Source: Candidatus Allofournierella excrementigallinarum (lineage in GTDB: Bacteria > Bacillota > Clostridia > Oscillospirales > Ruminococcaceae). From it: a stretch of DNA of 64,000 bases. The notes below the pieces were generated by a model. It had not been told where the DNA came from. It saw only the letters and a program-made list of their open reading frames with translations, and did not search any database. This document shows positions 61,098 to 64,000 of the stretch, piece after piece. Within the stretch, counting starts at the first letter, position 1. Each line of letters begins with the position of its first letter. A program made the position numbers and the translations under genes. The stretch lies in contig DWXV01000039.1 in the NCBI GenBank assembly GCA_019119025.1, positions 11,051 through 75,050 on the forward strand, given 5' to 3'.

Positions 61098-61670
61098 TCA
61101 CTCCTCCTTGTCCTTTTTGAGAATGGCGCAAAGGGCCGCGGCGTCCACCGCGCCCTTGAAGTCTTTGGCGCTGCACCCGGCGCGCCCGCCGCCCGCGCAG
61201 GCACAGGCGCAGGCGCAGGAGACACAGGCGCAGGCACAGGCGCATCCGCCGCCACTGCGCCGCCCCGCGCCGGAACCCCGGCTGGAACCGCCGCCGAAGC
61301 CCCCGAACCCGCCGGCGCCGCCGGAGGGGCCGCCATGGGGCGGGCGGGGCCCGCCGTGGTGGTGGGGCCAGAACCAGCCCCCAAAGCCGCCCAGAAAATA
61401 ACTGCCGGACATCCGGCGCACGATGATCCAGGCGATGACCGCGCCGGCAAAAATCACCCACATCAGCTCGCCCAGGTCAAGGCCGCTGCCGGCCAGATCG
61501 TTCCAATCCACGCCGCCGGCGCTGTTCCGGTCCATGTCCGGGTCCAGGGGCGCGGCAGCGAAGGCGGACTGGTCCGCGTAGTCGGCGGTGAAGGTGAAGC
61601 GCGCGCCCTCGGGCAGGCCGGTCCACTCGCCCTGCACGCCGTTCGGGGTGTCGAACAGATCGCCGGTCAC
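61098..61670 (-). CDS. C-terminal fragment of a membrane protein: TM helix plus Gly/His-rich tail ending in a Cys-Ala repeat
   Basis: Same reading frame as 61722-62192, separated only by TAG at 61722-61724. No SD before the GTG at 61670. Contains LMWVIFAGAVIAWIIVRRM and GGGCACACACVSCACACACAGGGRAGCS. Confidence 0.55.
   Translation of the reverse strand: MTGDLFDTPNGVQGEWTGLPEGARFTFTADYADQSAFAAAPLDPDMDRNSAGGVDWNDLAGSGLDLGELMWVIFAGAVIAWIIVRRMSGSYFLGGFGGWFWPHHHGGPRPPHGGPSGGAGGFGGFGGGSSRGSGAGRRSGGGCACACACVSCACACACAGGGRAGCSAKDFKGAVDAAALCAILKKDKEE
61197..61250 (-). repeat. hexanucleotide (TGY GCC) tandem repeat encoding the (Cys-Ala)n motif
   Basis: Coding strand TGCGCCTGTGCCTGCGCCTGTGTCTCCTGCGCCTGCGCCTGTGCCTGCGCG. 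Confidence 0.8.
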
Positions 61671-61721
61671 CGGCGAACCGTCCAGTTCGGCGGCGTAGCT
61701 GGCCCGGGCGGCGCCGTCCTC

Positions 61722-62192
61722 CTAGGTGAAGGTGAGCTGTTTTGTCTCGGCTTCGTCGAACCAGCCGGGGGTGAACGCAAAGTTCACCGAGCCGTCGTCG
61801 TAAAGCTCATAAAGGTGGGTCACCCGCAGGGTGAACTCAAGGCGCACCGTCTCGCCGGCGTAGTAGCGGCGGTCCAGGTCCAGCCGGACATAGCTGCCGC
61901 CTTCCGACCAGGGGTAGATGCCGGCGATGGTGCCGCTGTGGCTCAGCGGCTCGATGTTTTGATTGGGCACGCCCACCTTCACCCATTCCAGCGGCCCGGC
62001 GCTGGTGGAATCCAGCACCTTCCAGTGGATGTCGTAGTCGATCTCGGCGCTGCCGTCCGGCTGCAGGCGCACGGTGATGAAATACTTTTCGATCTCGTCC
62101 AGGTTCGCCGCGCTCGCCGCCGGGCAAAAGAGGGCCGCCGCGGCCAGCGCCAGCGCCGCAAAGGCCAAAGCGAAGCGTTTCAGCTTTTTCAT
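61722..62192 (-). CDS. N-terminal fragment of the same membrane protein: signal peptide plus beta-rich (DUF2207-N-like) ectodomain, ends at in-frame TAG
   Basis: MKKLKRFALAFAALALAAAALFCPAASA signal peptide. IEKYFITVRLQPDGSAEIDYDIHWKV. ATGA overlap with the radical SAM stop at 62189-62192. Confidence 0.6.
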   Translation of the reverse strand: MKKLKRFALAFAALALAAAALFCPAASAANLDEIEKYFITVRLQPDGSAEIDYDIHWKVLDSTSAGPLEWVKVGVPNQNIEPLSHSGTIAGIYPWSEGGSYVRLDLDRRYYAGETVRLEFTLRVTHLYELYDDGSVNFAFTPGWFDEAETKQLTFT

Positions 62193-63574
62193 TGCGCGCC
62201 CTCCTTTTCCCGCAGCTGGCAGATGTGCTCCATCCTGGCGCTCTCGGCCCGGATGGCCGCGCACCGGGGGCTGCGCCAGATGGTTTTCCAGTCGCTTGTG
62301 AGGATGTTGCCCAATCCGTCGCCGGACAGCCAGCTCTGGCAGGGCGCCACCGTGCCGTCGGGAGCCACGGCCATGTTGCTCAGGCACGCCCCGCAGGTGG
62401 GGGCCATGGGCAGGCCCAGACCCAGCAGCGTCTCGGGGGGCAGCCAGCCGGGGCTGGTGAAGTCGATCTCCATGCCGTTCTCGGCGCACCAGGCCACCGC
62501 CTGCCGCAGAAGGGCCTCCAGTTCCTCCGGGGAAAGGCGGGTGGCGCGGCTGCCCTCGGTGAGGGCCGCCCCGGTGGGGATGAGCCCCGAGCAGGTGACG
62601 TACCGCACGCCGAGACCGTGGAGGAATTTGAGCGTTTCGGCGTAGCCGGCGTTCAGGCTGCACAAAGGGGTGTTCACGCTCACCGAAAGCCCCGCCGCCA
62701 GAGCGTTGCGGATGCCCGCCACCGTGTCGGCAAAGCCGGGCGCGCCCACAAGGCCGTTGTGAATGCCCTCGTCGGCGCTGTAGAGGGTGACCTGCACGCT
62801 GTCGAGGCTGGCCTCCCAGAGGGCTTTGCAAAGCTCGGGGGTGAGCAGCCGGCCATTGGTGTTCAGCCGGGTGACGAACCAGCGGGCCGCGTCCACCAAT
62901 TCCACCAGATCGGGGCGCATGGTGGGCTCGCCGCCGGTGAAGGTGACCTGGGGCACCCCCGCCTTGCGCAAAGCCTCCAGCACCCGCTTCCAGCCGGCGG
63001 TGTCCAGTTCTTTCACCCCCGCCTCCGGCTGGCCGGCGGCATAGCAGTGCAGGCACTTCTGGTTGCAGTTCCAGCGGCCCTCCTTTTCCATGGCGCTGAC
63101 CATCAGGTCCATGCGGTGGGGGGCGTTCATCTGCGGGGCATAGTCCCCCAAACTGATGGGCTGCACCTCCTCCGGCGGCTCCTGGCCCCGGGCGATGGCG
63201 ATGAAGCTTTGCAGCATCCGCTCCAGCTCGGCGCGCATGCGCTCGCGGCTAACGCCGGGGTAGACCCGCCGGGCGGCGGCCACCGCTTTGGCGGCCAGGC
63301 CTTCCAGGTCTTCGTCGGGCACCTCCTGGCCGGCGTAGGGGGCCAGCGCGTCCATCAGGCAGGCCAGCAGGATGGCCCAGGAAAGATTCAGCGGCAGCAC
63401 GTCATGGCCGTTGAGGATGACCACATAGGGCACGCTGCGCCGCAGGCGGCTGGCGGGGGGCAGCATGTGCAGCCGCACCACCCCCGGCCCGCCGGGGTTC
63501 AGGGTGATGTGGCGCACCTGAGAGAGATATTTCCGGCGGAACAAAAACTCCCGCAGGGTCACGAGGTCGATCAC
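62189..63574 (-). CDS. radical SAM enzyme with C-terminal SPASM/Twitch-like Cys-rich domain and ~170-aa N-terminal extension
   Basis: CNQKCLHCY (CX3CX2C), FTGGEPTMRPD, LNTNG. C-terminal CGACLSNMAVAPDGTVAPC plus further Cys. Start set at GTG 63574, 8 nt after AGGAG. Confidence 0.85.
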   Translation of the reverse strand: MIDLVTLREFLFRRKYLSQVRHITLNPGGPGVVRLHMLPPASRLRRSVPYVVILNGHDVLPLNLSWAILLACLMDALAPYAGQEVPDEDLEGLAAKAVAAARRVYPGVSRERMRAELERMLQSFIAIARGQEPPEEVQPISLGDYAPQMNAPHRMDLMVSAMEKEGRWNCNQKCLHCYAAGQPEAGVKELDTAGWKRVLEALRKAGVPQVTFTGGEPTMRPDLVELVDAARWFVTRLNTNGRLLTPELCKALWEASLDSVQVTLYSADEGIHNGLVGAPGFADTVAGIRNALAAGLSVSVNTPLCSLNAGYAETLKFLHGLGVRYVTCSGLIPTGAALTEGSRATRLSPEELEALLRQAVAWCAENGMEIDFTSPGWLPPETLLGLGLPMAPTCGACLSNMAVAPDGTVAPCQSWLSGDGLGNILTSDWKTIWRSPRCAAIRAESARMEHICQLREKEGAQ

Positions 63575-63647
63575 GTTTTCCACTCCTTTTTGCCGCCGCT
63601 GCCGTGCCGTGCGGCGCTTTGCTTTATTGTATCACACCGGCCCCGCT

Positions 63648-63685
63648 AAAAAAAGACCGGGCCAAGGGGTTTTGCCCGCCCGGTC
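63648..63685 (-). terminator. terminator-like hairpin upstream of the radical SAM operon
   Basis: Minus strand GACCGGGC...GCCCGGTC followed by TTTTTTT. Lies 74 nt upstream of the radical SAM start codon. Confidence 0.45.
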
Positions 63686-63824
63686 ATGCAGGAAAATACG
63701 GCCATTTCATAGATATTTTACAAATTTGTGCACACAAGCGCCATACTTTTCTTTATAATATAATAAGAGACCGGGGCGCGCAAAGCGCCCTTCTTTCAAC
63801 TTTTTCCGACGGGGTGATCTGTCC

Positions 63825-64000
63825 ATGGACGGCCGGGACCATTTTGTGGTGTTCGACGGGGTGTGCAAGTATTATCAGATGGGCGAAACGCGCATTGCCG
63901 CCGCCGACCACATCACTTTTCACATCGACGAGGGGGAGTTCTGCGTCATCGTGGGGCCCTCCGGCGCGGGCAAGACCACCGTGCTGAACATGCTGGGCGG
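63825..64000 (+). CDS. ABC transporter ATP-binding protein, N-terminal part (runs off window end)
   Basis: MDGRDHFVVFDGVCKYYQMGETRIAAADHITFHIDEGEFCVIVGPSGAGKTTVLNMLGG with Walker A. Not in the ORF track because no stop lies in the window. Confidence 0.8.
   Translation, partial: MDGRDHFVVFDGVCKYYQMGETRIAAADHITFHIDEGEFCVIVGPSGAGKTTVLNMLG

Noticed and set aside
61722-61724. TAG read as pyrrolysine
   Set aside because: No pyl genes lie in the window and nothing else suggests amber recoding. A nonsense mutation or sequence error is more economical. This cannot be fully excluded from 64 kb alone.
58905-62645. 1246-aa plus-strand ORF spanning the AAA+, membrane-protein and radical SAM genes
   Set aside because: Antisense to three minus-strand genes that have clear motifs, RBSs and coupling. 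Its product is Gly/Ala/Arg/Pro low-complexity.
63690-63760. Mini-ORFs MALVCTNL and MKWPYFPA (minus strand) as RiPP precursors for the radical SAM enzyme
   Set aside because: They are only 8 codons long, have no RBS and carry no Cys-rich core. That is too short for a leader-plus-core peptide.

Overview
GC-rich (by eye about two-thirds G+C) bacterial chromosomal segment. The gene content and the strong Shine-Dalgarno sites fit a high-GC member of the Clostridia (Oscillospiraceae/Ruminococcaceae-like); that placement is inference only. I support about 57 protein genes, mostly housekeeping. In order: a MacAB-like tripartite ABC efflux operon, a D-Ala-D-Ala carboxypeptidase, ftsH, two small membrane proteins, mfd, a WG-repeat lipoprotein, pth and ppdK. 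Then a TauE/arylsulfotransferase pair, an XDH-family molybdoenzyme operon with mocA, a FecBCD/BtuFCD-type ABC importer and a T-box-controlled asnS. Then a large beta-helix surface protein, a LacI-controlled maltodextrin operon ending in malQ, and plsC. Then a complete aromatic amino acid supraoperon (pheA-aroB-aroC-aroE/K-aroQ-aroF-GT2-aroA-tyrA) running into a WYL regulator and mutY, followed by two tandem degenerate LytM-domain proteins. The most unusual locus is a tightly coupled minus-strand operon at 59025-63574. It encodes a radical-SAM/SPASM enzyme, a membrane protein whose predicted cytoplasmic tail carries a CACACACVSCACACACA motif and which is split by an in-frame TAG, and a SpoVK/CbxX-type AAA+ ATPase. 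I saw no rRNA, tRNA, CRISPR array, transposase, integrase or phage genes. Many long ORFs in the track are antisense artefacts of the high GC content and are rejected below. All family assignments come from motifs read by eye; no database search was run.
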